A stretch of 64,000 nt of DNA from Candidatus Tectimicrobiota bacterium (GCA_016192455.1 JACPUC010000003.1:62001-126000); one strand, 5' to 3'. Positions 19,218-29,527 are shown, counted from the first letter of the stretch. Numbers and translations: made by a program. Notes: generated by a model from the letters alone, not told the origin.

Positions 19218-20384
19218 TCACGTCCCGGTTGGCGACACTCCCCACACCTCGCACATGCTTGTCGCGCACCTCCGAATGCCGAAGACGCTCGCGGGAAAGG
19301 CTTCCGGGGCGCGATGGCGCTGTGCCGCCAGGTTGGCATCGGCACGGAGCTCTTCAGCCCGCCGCGCCCACGCCTGATCGCTGGCCGTCAAGGACAGCGA
19401 TACCACCCAGGGGAAGTGGGCGGCGATCTCCTGCACTGACGCCAGGTCGCTGGCGAGCACCGGCAGGCCCGCGGCACAGGCCTCCAGCACGACGCCTGGC
19501 AGCCCCTCTGCCAGGGACGGGAAAAGCAGAAGGTCGGCCGCCAGCAGCAGCCGCGCCACGTCGCCGCGCTCACCGGCCATCACCACGAGCCCCTCGAAGC
19601 CGCGCCTCGCGACCTGCTCGCGCAGGCGCACCTCTACCTCGTTGCCACCGCGGCCCACCAAGAGCAGGCGCGCCGCGGGTTGCTGCTTCACCACGTGGCC
19701 GAAGATCGCCAGCACCCGGGCGTGGTTCTTAGCGGGAGCCATGCGGCCGACGTGCAGGTAGAGGGGGCAGTCCGCCTGGAAGCCAAACTCACGGCGCACC
19801 CCCTCATGGTCCGCCGGCTGCGCGAAGGCGCCGCTCTCCACGCCGTCGTAAATAACCCGGCAGCGCGTATCGGAGCGCCAATCCGGTCGCCACGCCGCTG
19901 CCATCGCCGCCTCGCTGACGGCCAGGATGTGGGTGGCGTGGTGCTGAATCCAGTGGCGCAGGAGCCGTCGCCGCAGGACACGCAGAGGACCGTCGACGTG
20001 GTGATCCTGCGTGTCGCGGAGATGGGCGACACGCACCGGCACCCCTTCCCTGCCCGCCAGCCGCAGGAGGTAGCCGGAAAAATAGAACAGATGAGCATGG
20101 ACGACGTCGAAGCGTTGCCGGCGAAGCAGCCGCTGGAACTGCCACGGAAAGGTTGCCCCCATGGGGCATGGGTGGATAATGCCGCCCAGGTTGCGGACGT
20201 CGGCCTCCAGGGACCCGCCACCCCGTCCGTCCGGCATACCGGGAAGGCCGCTAATGGTGCAGACGTGAAACTGCACGCCGGGGCAGGCCAGCTGCCGCAT
20301 CAGCTCCAGGGTGCGCAGCTCGGCACCGGCCCGTTCCAGGCGTCCCAAGACGTGGCAGATCTTCCGTGGCGCTGCCTGCCGCAT
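19218..20384 (-). CDS. Glycosyltransferase family 4 (EpsF-like)
   Basis: AGAE, HVGR...KNH, FPS..EGLPGV.LEA.AAGLP. Confidence 0.88.
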   Translation of the reverse strand: MRQAAPRKICHVLGRLERAGAELRTLELMRQLACPGVQFHVCTISGLPGMPDGRGGGSLEADVRNLGGIIHPCPMGATFPWQFQRLLRRQRFDVVHAHLFYFSGYLLRLAGREGVPVRVAHLRDTQDHHVDGPLRVLRRRLLRHWIQHHATHILAVSEAAMAAAWRPDWRSDTRCRVIYDGVESGAFAQPADHEGVRREFGFQADCPLYLHVGRMAPAKNHARVLAIFGHVVKQQPAARLLLVGRGGNEVEVRLREQVARRGFEGLVVMAGERGDVARLLLAADLLLFPSLAEGLPGVVLEACAAGLPVLASDLASVQEIAAHFPWVVSLSLTASDQAWARRAEELRADANLAAQRHRAPEAFPASVFGIRRCATSMCEVWGVSPTGT

Positions 20385-20553
20385 GCTGCCCCTTGCGAAA
20401 CCAGGATCGCGGCTGTTCCACGCAGTGCTCAGTCGCCCGTTTTGACTGGGCCGGGCCGATTCCTTACAATATCATGCTCAGATGCCCATGGCGCGACATT
20501 CGTGGTGACCCGTGCCAGCAACTGCCCGGCCGCGGGGGAGGGGAGACGGCACC

Positions 20554-21006
20554 ATGACGTTTCGTTCAATCCTCGTTCCGACCGACTTCTCAGAGAATGC
20601 CCGTCAGGCCTTGCAGCTCGCCCTCTTCTTCGCCGCCGCCAAGGGTACGGTTCTGCACCTCTACCACGTGGTGGACAGCCGCGTGCTCGAGGTGGCGGAT
20701 TTCGGCGGCGCGGTGCGGGAGAGCCTCTTGGAGGGCGCCCGCAAAGAGATGGAGGCGTTCGCGGCGGAGGCCGCGGGCCGGCGGGTGGTGGTCCAGAGCC
20801 GCGTCAGCGAAGGGTTCGCCGCTCCCTTCGTGGCCATTGTCGAAGAGGCGCGGCGCCTCGGCGTGGACCTGATCTGCATGGGGACGCATGGGCGGACTGG
20901 GCTGAAGCACGCCTTGCTCGGCAGCACGGCCGAGAAGGTGGCGCGGAAAGCTCCTTGCCCGGTCCTCACGGTGCGCCTCGCGGAGCACAAGTTCGTGCAT
21001 CCTTAG
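20554..21006 (+). CDS. Universal stress protein
   Basis: ILVPTDFS, DLICMGTHGRTG, LLGSTAEKV..APCPVL. Confidence 0.92.
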   Translation: MTFRSILVPTDFSENARQALQLALFFAAAKGTVLHLYHVVDSRVLEVADFGGAVRESLLEGARKEMEAFAAEAAGRRVVVQSRVSEGFAAPFVAIVEEARRLGVDLICMGTHGRTGLKHALLGSTAEKVARKAPCPVLTVRLAEHKFVHP

Positions 21007-21094
21007 CCCGAGGTTCGGCTCCGGCGCGCCAGGGGGCGCGGCGCTCAAGAAAGGGAAGAGGGCCGGCTCTGAGTTGCCGCGACGGGCCGATGGA

Positions 21095-21302
21095 GCAGTA
21101 TCGTGTCCCCTAAGTTCCACCACCTAATTCTGAGAGGGGCCCTTGTCTCCTCGCGCACCCGCAGGGGCTGATTGTAGGGGCGGTTCGCGAACCGCCCCTA
21201 CGGGATGGGGGTGTGGGGGCGCATGGGTCCCTGATAAGCTCCTTGCCAATACAGCGAGCAAAGCCGCAACTAGGTAAGCGAACTTGCGAGACGCAACAGC
21301 AG
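21095..21302 (+). mobile_element. MITE-like element, copy D (short, single REP hairpin)
   Basis: GCAG-tatcgtgtcccctaagttc...gaacttgcgagacgcaaca-GCAG; both ends present with a GCAG direct repeat. Confidence 0.8.
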
Positions 21303-21413
21303 GACAGTGAATCGCTCGCGGGGTTGCGCCGCGCCCGGCCCGCGCCGTGCCGCCTCAGCCCCTCGGGTCAGCTCCTCGCCGCCCAGCCGATCTGCAAGGG
21401 AGACGCGCCGCCC

Positions 21414-22052
21414 ATGGAAATGTACGACAGCCCGCGCATGGAAATTCGCAAGATCACGGTCGGCCCCTACAGCAACAACGTCTATGTCCTCATCTGCAAA
21501 GCAACCAGAAAGAGCGTCATCATCGACGCCTCCTTCGAGGTGCCCCGCATCGTCGAGGCGGCCGCCGGCAGCACCGTGCAGGCAATCCTGCAGACGCATT
21601 GCCATATGGACCACGTCGCCGGCCTCGACGAGCTGAAAGCCACGACCCAGGCGCCGGTCGGCATCCATCCGCGGGACGAGGAGCAGTTCCACCTGCGGGG
21701 CGACTTCCAGCTCGAGGACGGCGCAACGATGCGGTTTGGGGAGTGCGCGCTGCGGGTCATGCACACCCCCGGCCACTCCAAGGGCGGCCTCTGCTTCCTC
21801 CACGAGCCACACTGCTTCTGCGGCGATACCGTCTTCCCAGGCGGACCCGGCAAGACCTGGAGCGCCCGCGACTTCGACTCGCTGCTGCAGAGCATCACCA
21901 AGCGGCTCTACGTGCTTCCCGATGACACCATGCTCTACCCCGGCCACGGCCTCAACACCACCATCCGCGAATCCAAGGCGGAGTATGCCGTCTTTGCCGC
22001 CAAGAAGCGGAGCGCGCCGGTGTACGGCGACGTGCTCTGGAGCCAGAGCTAA
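21414..22052 (+). CDS. MBL-fold metallo-hydrolase (glyoxalase II-like)
   Basis: THCHMDH, HTPGHS.GG, GDT.F, YPGHG. Confidence 0.9.
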   Translation: MEMYDSPRMEIRKITVGPYSNNVYVLICKATRKSVIIDASFEVPRIVEAAAGSTVQAILQTHCHMDHVAGLDELKATTQAPVGIHPRDEEQFHLRGDFQLEDGATMRFGECALRVMHTPGHSKGGLCFLHEPHCFCGDTVFPGGPGKTWSARDFDSLLQSITKRLYVLPDDTMLYPGHGLNTTIRESKAEYAVFAAKKRSAPVYGDVLWSQS

Positions 22053-22128
22053 GCCCGCCGCCGGGGCCGCGCCGGCAAGGCGGCGGCGCCCCGCGGAGGC
22101 GTGACCGGCTGGCGGGGCGGGCGCCAGG

Positions 22129-22189
22129 TTGACTCTCTCTCGCCCGCGTGCTATCACGCCTACGGTTAATTGTTCGATAGCGAATCATT
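22129..22189 (+). promoter_or_regulatory. Sigma70-type promoter with overlapping imperfect palindromic operator upstream of marR
   Basis: TTGACT-17 bp-TATCAC, then AATTGTTCG-ATAG-CGAATCATT (22168-22189) in an AT-rich patch. Confidence 0.55.
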
Positions 22190-22273
22190 TGCTGCCCCGC
22201 GGCGTTTTCGGCTGCCTCGATGCCGCGCCTCGAGCCGTGTTCCCCGCCGGCAGCAGCACCTGGTGGATCACCT

Positions 22274-22729
22274 ATGACCGGTCTCGATAGCTGTATCGGC
22301 TTCCTGGTGAACAACCTGGCGCGCCAGTTCAAGAAGGGGATGAACGAACGGCTGGCGCCGTATGAGATCACGGTGGCCCAATGGACGATCCTGGCTCGTC
22401 TCTGGGAGCAGGACGGCGTCACCCAAAAGGACCTTGCCAAGAGCCTGCAGCTCGAAGGCTCGACCATCGTCTGGCTCATTGACAAGCTTGAGAAAAAACG
22501 CTTCGTGGTTCGCAAGACGCTGCCGGCCGACCGTCGCAGCACGCAGATTTTTCTTACCCCCGCCGGCAAACGTCTGCGCGACGAGCTTCCCGCCTTTCAC
22601 GTGGGTCTCGACGAGATCGCCACCGCCTCGGCCAGCGCGGCGGAGGTGGAAGGGTTCTACAAGCTGCTGCGCTTGATGTCGGTGAACCTCAGGAACTACC
22701 AGCCCGCGGAGCAGCTCAACGATGAGTAG
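22274..22729 (+). CDS. MarR family transcriptional regulator
   Basis: ITVAQW.IL, TQKDLA, IDKLEKK, DRRS..I.LT..G. Confidence 0.9.
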   Translation: MTGLDSCIGFLVNNLARQFKKGMNERLAPYEITVAQWTILARLWEQDGVTQKDLAKSLQLEGSTIVWLIDKLEKKRFVVRKTLPADRRSTQIFLTPAGKRLRDELPAFHVGLDEIATASASAAEVEGFYKLLRLMSVNLRNYQPAEQLNDE

Positions 22730-23175
22730 CAAGCCCCTGGCAGGGGAGTGGTTGCGGCGCCGCCACGCCGAGCCAACCGATTCCCTCCTCGCCCGGGCAA
22801 CCGGAGAAGCACCCGGTCCGCGCAATGCCGGCGACGAGCGTCCGACGGCATTCCCCCACCAGCGCCGCAACTCCTCGCCACGGAGCGCGCCGTCGGCAGG
22901 CGTCCACAATCTCAGCATGCCGCCGCCGGCAGGCCCGAGCCGCGCCGTTGGTCCGGACGCCACGCGGCTGCCATGGTTGAACCCGCCTGACGTCGCATTC
23001 CTCGACTCAGGCGCGACTGCCGCTGTCTGATTTTTTGACGCAGCACGGAGCTTGCTTACCCCCCCCCGCCAGCGCCTTCGGGGGAGGCAACCGAGCGAGG
23101 CAGCAGCGGCCGCGCGGCTCTCCCAGCCTGCCGCGGACCGCCCCGATCCCAGCTCCCCGCCATGGAGCGAGGAGT

Positions 23176-23191
23176 TGGCACCCTTCTTGCT
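23176..23191 (+). promoter_or_regulatory. Sigma54 (-24/-12) promoter
   Basis: TGGCAC-CCTTC-TTGCT with exact spacing, 100 bp upstream of the HDOD gene. Confidence 0.65.
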
Positions 23192-23290
23192 GCCCTCCCA
23201 GCCTGCATTCCCATCACATCCCTGAGCTCACCAGGCAGGATGGAGGCCGCCGCATCCTCGGGCGCATCGACGAGAGGAGAGGTTGCGCGC

Positions 23291-24160
23291 ATGGAACCGA
23301 GACTTGCCGCAGATGAATTGCGCCGTCACATCGTGCGGACGAAACGGCTCCCCACCATTCCCATCGTGCTGTCGAAAATCCTGGACTTGATTGAAGACGT
23401 GAACTCCTCGGTTTTCGATCTCGAAGAGGTGATCTCGCACGATCAGAGCATTGCCGCGAAGGTGCTCGGCCTGGCCAACTCCGCCTTCTACGGGTTTGGG
23501 CGCAAGATCGACACGATCTCCCAGGCCATCATCGTGATCGGCTTCAATGCCGTGAAGAGTCTCGCCATCGGGGTGAGCATTTTCGACAAGTTCTACAACA
23601 CGGTGCAGGGGACGCTGCTGGACCTCAACGGGCTCTGGATGCACTCCGTCGCCACCGCCGAAGGTACGCGCCTCATCAGCGAGCGTTTGCGGCGCGGCAA
23701 TCTGGAGGCCTCGTTTATCTGCGGGCTGCTGCACGACCTGGGCAAGGTCGCCTTCATCTCCATCCTGCCGAACGACTACCAGGAGGCCGTGGCGGAGTCG
23801 CTGCGGCTCAACCGTCGCCTCTACGAGGTGGAGCAGGAAGCCTTCGGGGTGGCGCACGATACCCTAGGCTCCTGGGTGGCCGAGCGCTGGCATCTCCCCA
23901 GCGACCTCGTTCGCTGCCTGCACGAGCACCACAACCCTTCCTACGCCGGACAGGATGCCGAGCTGGTCCATACCGTCGGCGTGGCGGATTACCTCAGCAA
24001 GAAGCTTGGCCTCGGCTCAAGCATTGATCCGGTCCTCCAGCCGCTGGCCTCGAACTCCCTGCGGGTTATCGGGCTGACGGTGGACCAGCTCGCCGGCATC
24101 GAGGCGGCGTTGCTCGAGCAGCGCGGGAGGATCGAACAGTTTTTCGCCATTCTCAAGTAG
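23291..24160 (+). CDS. HDOD domain protein
   Basis: LPTIP, DQSIAAKVL.LANSAFY, LW.HS, GLLHDLGK, W.LP, HH. Confidence 0.9.
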   Translation: MEPRLAADELRRHIVRTKRLPTIPIVLSKILDLIEDVNSSVFDLEEVISHDQSIAAKVLGLANSAFYGFGRKIDTISQAIIVIGFNAVKSLAIGVSIFDKFYNTVQGTLLDLNGLWMHSVATAEGTRLISERLRRGNLEASFICGLLHDLGKVAFISILPNDYQEAVAESLRLNRRLYEVEQEAFGVAHDTLGSWVAERWHLPSDLVRCLHEHHNPSYAGQDAELVHTVGVADYLSKKLGLGSSIDPVLQPLASNSLRVIGLTVDQLAGIEAALLEQRGRIEQFFAILK

Positions 24161-24473
24161 CCACCATGGGGTAGAATGACCACACGCGGGAGGGATGTTC
24201 CATGGTCGTGCGGCAGGTGGCGGGGACCGCCGCGGTACGGGCGGGAGGGCGAATGATGCGGCCGCATGCGTCGCGGCCCTGCGTCGGGACCACCCCCCGA
24301 AGCTTGGCCGCCGAAGGAGGGATCGTCGCGCCGCGCCGCCCTCTCCCTGAGGATCTCCGCGGCGGCGCCGCGGCAGGCCCTCTCCCGCTCTCCCCGAGGC
24401 AGCCGCGTGCGCCGCGCCAGCTCCGGCGGTCGACGCCGCGCCCCGTCCTCCCCCGCGCTGAAAGCCTGCGCAC

Positions 24474-26309
24474 ATGAGCGAGTTCCTTGCTGATCTTGAC
24501 GAGGTGCTGCGAGCGGTTCGCGCCGGCACGCTGCAGGCGCGGCTCACCTCCGCCGCCTATGCGGAGGAGGAGCAGGCGCGCGCGGCAGCCCTGAACGCGC
24601 TTCTCCGGCAGCTCGAGAAGACCACCATCAACAAGGAGACGTACGCGAAAGCGCTGCGTCAAACCCTGCAGGAACAAGATGACCTCCTGGCCGCCCTGAC
24701 GACCTTCCGCCGCTTCAGCCACCTGTTGACCTCGAACGTCCCCCTGCCGGACCTCTGCCAGCAAGCGGTGCGCATCATCGTCGAAGAGCTGGACCTGGAG
24801 AACTGCAGCATCCTCCTCGCCAATGAAGAGCGCACCCACCTGCGGCTGGCGGCGGCGTTCGGCCAGGCCGACCGCTTCCGGCTGCCGCTGGAATCGAAGT
24901 CGTACAACAGCCTGCTCAGTATCGAGATGGGGGTCGGCATCGCCGGCCAGGTGGCGCTTTCGCGCCTGCCGCGCTTCGTTACCGATGTGCAGGCCGACGA
25001 GTCGTTCGCCTTGCTGAGCAGCCGGGTGCCCCTCGCGTCGATCCTCTGCCTGCCGCTCGTCGCTGATGACGAGCTCATCGGGGTCCTCAACCTCAGCCAC
25101 GCCAATTTCGCCTCCATCACCAAACACCAGGAACGCTTCTTCACCATCACCGCCGACCTGCTGGCGACCCTCCTGCGCCGCTGCCAGCTCGCGGCGATCA
25201 TCGAGGAGGGCAGCCGTATCGAGCTGAACCAGGCGATGCGGCGCGAGGCGCTGCTCGATCAGGCGGCGCACGAGTATGTCCTCCTCCTCGACGCCGACGG
25301 CCGGATCGTCTATTCCAACAGCATGGCGCGCCGGTACCTCGGCCAAGAGCAGGCCGACCTTGTTGGGCTGCGCTTCGGAGACCTGCCGGTGCTGCACGCC
25401 ACCTCGGTGGCCCGCCATGAGGCGGCCGTCGAGGCGGTCACGACTGGCGTCCTGGCGGCCCCCTACGAGGTGGAGCTGCGCCTGCCCGGCAGTCCCGTCC
25501 ATATCATCGAATTCCGCCTCACCATTGCCGGCCGGGCGGAGGATGGCAGCGTCAACGTGTTGGCCATCGGCCGCGATGTCACGGAGCGCAAGCTCCTCGA
25601 AGCCCAGGTGCTGCGGGCCGAGAAGTTGGCCTCCATCGGCACCCTCGCGGCCGGCATCGCCCATGAGATTCTCAATCCCCTGCATATCATCTCCATGAGC
25701 ACCCAGCTTCTCGAGCAGGAGGATCGTAATCCCGCGGTGCGCAAGGAGAGCTACGCCTCGATCACCCGTCAGGTTGATCGCATCACCAAGATCGTCCGCG
25801 GCATCAAGTCCTTCGCCCAGCTGCAGGGCCCGAAGACGCGCGCCATCAGCCTGCTCGACGTCGTCGATCAGGCGGTTGATCTGCTGGCGCACGAGTTCCG
25901 CTCCCACGGCATCCAGGTGAGCCAGGACCTTGCTCGTACCCTCCCCCCCGTGCTGGCGGACTACGATCAGATTCTGCAAGTCCTCGTCAACCTCTTCACC
26001 AACGCGCGCGATGCCATGCCGCATGGCGGCGCGATCACCATGTCCTCCAGCGCCGCCACCCTGCGTGGCGAGCCGATGGTGCGGCTGCATATCACCGACA
26101 CCGGCACGGGCATCCCCCCCGAGGTGAAGGATCGCATCTTCGATCCGTTCTTCACCACCAAAGACCTCGACAAGGGCACCGGCCTGGGGCTGTCGATCTG
26201 TCACGGCATCATCGCCGAGCATCGGGGCGAGCTGGTCGTGGAGAGCACCGTCGGCAAGGGCACCACCATTATCCTCGCCCTCCCCCTGGCGGAGTCCACG
26301 GAGCCCTAA
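24474..26309 (+). CDS. GAF-PAS sensor histidine kinase (NtrB-like)
   Basis: GAF (GIAGQVA), PAS (GRDVTERK), H-box AHEILNPL, N-box NARDA, FDPFFTTK, GTGLGL. Confidence 0.9.
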   Translation: MSEFLADLDEVLRAVRAGTLQARLTSAAYAEEEQARAAALNALLRQLEKTTINKETYAKALRQTLQEQDDLLAALTTFRRFSHLLTSNVPLPDLCQQAVRIIVEELDLENCSILLANEERTHLRLAAAFGQADRFRLPLESKSYNSLLSIEMGVGIAGQVALSRLPRFVTDVQADESFALLSSRVPLASILCLPLVADDELIGVLNLSHANFASITKHQERFFTITADLLATLLRRCQLAAIIEEGSRIELNQAMRREALLDQAAHEYVLLLDADGRIVYSNSMARRYLGQEQADLVGLRFGDLPVLHATSVARHEAAVEAVTTGVLAAPYEVELRLPGSPVHIIEFRLTIAGRAEDGSVNVLAIGRDVTERKLLEAQVLRAEKLASIGTLAAGIAHEILNPLHIISMSTQLLEQEDRNPAVRKESYASITRQVDRITKIVRGIKSFAQLQGPKTRAISLLDVVDQAVDLLAHEFRSHGIQVSQDLARTLPPVLADYDQILQVLVNLFTNARDAMPHGGAITMSSSAATLRGEPMVRLHITDTGTGIPPEVKDRIFDPFFTTKDLDKGTGLGLSICHGIIAEHRGELVVESTVGKGTTIILALPLAESTEP

Positions 26310-26694
26310 CCCTACCCGCCGCCGCGACCGAAGCTCCGCCGCTTCCCGCCAAGAGGCCTCGGGCGCCGCGCGCCGGCCGCCACCTCTGCCACCCCAGCAT
26401 CGATGCCGCGAGGGACCCTCGCCCATCTCTGCGCCCCAGGGCCGCCGCCTCGCGCTGAGTGGGGGCGTGGGGGGCCAATGATCCCCCGCGAATCTGTTTG
26501 CTTGGCCGCTGAGGGAGAGAGGGGGATTGCCCTGAGTCCTCACCGCCCTTATGCTGAGCATGGCGGCGGCGCGAGGGCTGGCGGGTTTCCCCTCGGGGAG
26601 GGTGGTAGACTCGCGCGCGGCGCGGGGGCGCGTCGGCGGGGGGGGTACACCTGCCTGCGCAGCCGTCCGCAAGCGTGCCAGGAGCTGACGTATT

Positions 26695-26976
26695 CTAGTG
26701 TTGCGTCCCACAAGTTCGCTTATCTATTTGCGGCGTTCCTCGCTGTATTGGCAAGAGGCTTGTAAGGGACCCATGCTCCCCCATGCCCCCATCCCGCAGG
26801 GGCGGTTCGCGAACCGCCCCTACAAGGCGGGGTGCGCGAGGGGGCGCGGCTCCCTCGCAGACGTAGGCGCCGGGCGGGGCAAGCCCCGCCCCTACGATCC
26901 GCTCCTACGGAGTGCGCGGAGGAGACAAGGTCCCCTGTCAGAATTAGGTGGTGGACCTTATGGGACACGATAGTAG
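26695..26976 (-). mobile_element. MITE-like element, copy E (inverted, full length, extra hairpin module)
   Basis: CTAG-tgttgcgtcccacaagttcgc...gggacacgata-GTAG; carries both REP hairpins plus GCGAGGGGGCGCGGCTCCCTCGC. Confidence 0.82.
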
Positions 26977-27176
26977 TGTTACCTCACAAAAGTTCCATTC
27001 TTACTCTTAATTCGACGCCTTCTTCGTGCTATGCGGGAGGGGGAGTTTTGGGGGGGCCCTTGCTCCCCTACGCTCCCAATCCGCGCGAGCTGCGTAGCAG
27101 ATCGCGTAGTCGGGGTGCGCGAGGGGGCGCGGCTCCCTCGCAAAGTTATATGATCTAATCTGAGAAACAGCACACG
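26973..27176. mobile_element. Related non-autonomous element abutting copy E
   Basis: Starts GTAG-tgttacctcacaaaagttc, ends ctgagaaacagca; contains CGCGAGCTGCGTAGCAGATCGCG and GCGAGGGGGCGCGGCTCCCTCGC hairpins. Confidence 0.6.
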
Positions 27177-27245
27177 AAGAAGCCGGCAGGCCCGTGATCA
27201 ACGGGGCGGAGCATCGGCGCCCGCCGGCAACCTGCGAGGAGCGCC

Positions 27246-27629
27246 ATGGAAGAGAAGGCGAAACGCTACGGCGAGGAGGCGATCGAACGCGCCCAGCTCG
27301 AGAGCATCCCGAACCTCTACCCGGATCGGGACTACGAGATCAGCATCAGTTGTCCGGAGTTCACCTGTCTCTGCCCGATTTCCGGCTACCCCGATTTCGC
27401 GGTCATCAGCATCACCTACGTGCCCGACCAGCGCTGCGTCGAGTTGAAGTCGCTGAAGCTCTACATCAACAAGTTCCGCAACCAGCACCTCTTCCACGAG
27501 CAGGTGGTGAACCTCATCCGCGACGACCTCGTGCAGGCGTTGCAGCCGCGGCGTTTGAGCGTGGAGGGCGACTTCAACCGCCGCGGCAACATCAAGACCA
27601 TCATCCGCAGCCATTACCCAAGCGCGTAG
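27246..27629 (+). CDS. queF: NADPH-dependent 7-cyano-7-deazaguanine (preQ0) reductase
   Basis: [13 protein letters not shown], QueF motif [15 protein letters not shown]. Confidence 0.93.
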   Translation: MEEKAKRYGEEAIERAQLESIPNLYPDRDYEISISCPEFTCLCPISGYPDFAVISITYVPDQRCVELKSLKLYINKFRNQHLFHEQVVNLIRDDLVQALQPRRLSVEGDFNRRGNIKTIIRSHYPSA

Positions 27630-27704
27630 CTCCGCGCCTCCGCCGGGGCATCGCCGCCGCCTCCCCGTCGCCGCCCGCCGCGGAGCAAGCGAGCCCCCGT
27701 CGGC

Positions 27705-28229
27705 TCAGGGCGCCAGCACCTTGGCGGTGAGATCCGCGACGCGGCGACCGAGTTCCCGCGCCACCGCGCATTCCGGCTCGCTCGGCCCGGTGCTGCCGCG
27801 CGGCGTCGTGGCGGCGGCGCCATAGCAGGAGCCGGCGGTCATGGCATGAATCTCCGGCACCCCGACGACGTACATGCCGTGGTGGATGAGCGGCGTCAGC
27901 AGCGACATGAGCGCCATCTCCTTGCCGCAGTGCAGCGTGCCGCTGGTGCAGAAGGCCGCCCCCACCTTGCCGATGAGCTTGCCCTGCAGCCAGATCTCCG
28001 GCGCCCAGGTCTCGACGAACGCCTTCATCTTGGCGCTCATGCCCCCAAAGCGGTTCGAGGAACCGAGAATGATCGCGTCGGACCCCACGCATTCCTGGGC
28101 CTCGGCCTCCTCCACCCGGCGCAGCACCACGTCGGCGGCATCCACCTCCTTGGCGCCCTCCGCCACCTCCTTGGCGAGCTTCTCGGTGTTGCCCTGCGGT
28201 CCACTGTGATAGACGATCAAAATCTTCAT
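27705..28229 (-). CDS. Flavodoxin-like NAD(P)H:quinone oxidoreductase (WrbA family)
   Basis: KILIVYHS..GNTEKLA, GS.NRFG.M, L.GKVGAAF, HHGM, LGRRVA. Confidence 0.85.
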   Translation of the reverse strand: MKILIVYHSGPQGNTEKLAKEVAEGAKEVDAADVVLRRVEEAEAQECVGSDAIILGSSNRFGGMSAKMKAFVETWAPEIWLQGKLIGKVGAAFCTSGTLHCGKEMALMSLLTPLIHHGMYVVGVPEIHAMTAGSCYGAAATTPRGSTGPSEPECAVARELGRRVADLTAKVLAP

Positions 28230-28380
28230 GCTCTCTCCTCGTGCGACGTGCCCCAGAATATGTCATAGTGGCGCTCCCGGCGTTTCCACCAAGCGCCGCC
28301 CCGTGTCCCGCGTTTGCCGCCGGCCGCCGGCCGCAAGCGACCGTGATAGAACCCTCCGTGGAGTTCAGGAGGTTGTACCC

Positions 28381-29262
28381 ATGTCACCGGAGCTGATCAA
28401 GATCAAAGCGTTCCCGACCGGCATGCGCCTGCATGAGTACGTCGCCCTCGAAGAGGGAATGTACCGCGACGAAGGGCTTGACGTCGAGATCATGTGGGAG
28501 GTCCTGCGGGGCCAGATGGCGCGCTGGAAGAATGCGTACAAGGAACGTCCCCAGGACATCCCCTTCACGACCGGCGAGGTGAGCATCGGCTCGGCCTGCA
28601 TGTGGGGCACGATCAGCAACGCCGGCGCCGGCATGGGGAAGTTCGTGCCGGAGGTGCACGGCGTCTCGCCCTGGGGCATCTACGTCCGCCCCGACTCCCG
28701 CATCGCCGCCCCTGAAGACCTGAAGGATGTGCCGATCGCCGTCGGCCTGCGCGCCGGCAGCCACTTCAACGTGCCGTACCACCTCGAGCGCTACCTCCCC
28801 CTGGAGCGGATCAAGCCGGTCAACGTCGGCGGATTCGGCGCCCGCCTGAAGGCCCTGGTGGACGGCGAGTTCGAGGCCGCCAGTCTGCTGCCGCCGCAGC
28901 TCGATATGGCGGAGCAGCTCGGCATGCGCCAGGTGCTGGGCGGTGAGTTCAAGACGCTCTGGTGGGTGGACGAGCGCGTTCCGGTGCAGACGTTGCGGCG
29001 CTACTTCCGCGCCCTCACCCGCGCCGAAGAGGCGATCAGCGCCGAGCCGCGGCGCTACCTGCACCTCTGGAAGCACAGCAACCCGCCGGAGTTCCAGGAC
29101 CACCCTTGGGACTATAACCGCTTCAGCCGCGGCGAGCGCTTCGTGCCCGAGCCCCTGTCGCGGCAGGAGTTCGAGGCGATCATGGAGATGGTGCGGCGCT
29201 GGGGCCTGGACGACTACCTAAAGGAGCGCAGCTTCGACAAGATTGCCCTGAGCATCGCCTGA
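28381..29262 (+). CDS. NMT1/SsuA-like periplasmic-binding-fold protein with no signal peptide
   Basis: VALEEG.YRDEGLDVE, I..PEDLKD.PIAV..AGSHF, RLKAL..GE.EAA; AGGAGG RBS before ATG 28381. Confidence 0.7.
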   Translation: MSPELIKIKAFPTGMRLHEYVALEEGMYRDEGLDVEIMWEVLRGQMARWKNAYKERPQDIPFTTGEVSIGSACMWGTISNAGAGMGKFVPEVHGVSPWGIYVRPDSRIAAPEDLKDVPIAVGLRAGSHFNVPYHLERYLPLERIKPVNVGGFGARLKALVDGEFEAASLLPPQLDMAEQLGMRQVLGGEFKTLWWVDERVPVQTLRRYFRALTRAEEAISAEPRRYLHLWKHSNPPEFQDHPWDYNRFSRGERFVPEPLSRQEFEAIMEMVRRWGLDDYLKERSFDKIALSIA

Positions 29263-29527
29263 ACCCCCAGGGCGCAAGCGGCGATTCAGCCCTACGGCGG
29301 GAGACGATTCGTGCCATGCTCAAGTCCCAACCTTTGGGTTGCGCGTGGTGACTCCGAAGCAGTGTTGAATCTTCAGCATTTGCAGCATCTTACCCCAAAG
29401 GGTGGTTCTTTCCCCAGAGCAGAATCGCTCGGGCTAGGTTCTTGTGAGACGGAGCGCACCATCTCCCCCGCCCAATGGCTATCGGGAATGCGGCACCCAT
29501 TGAAGGCATCGCTTTTGGTGAGTCACC

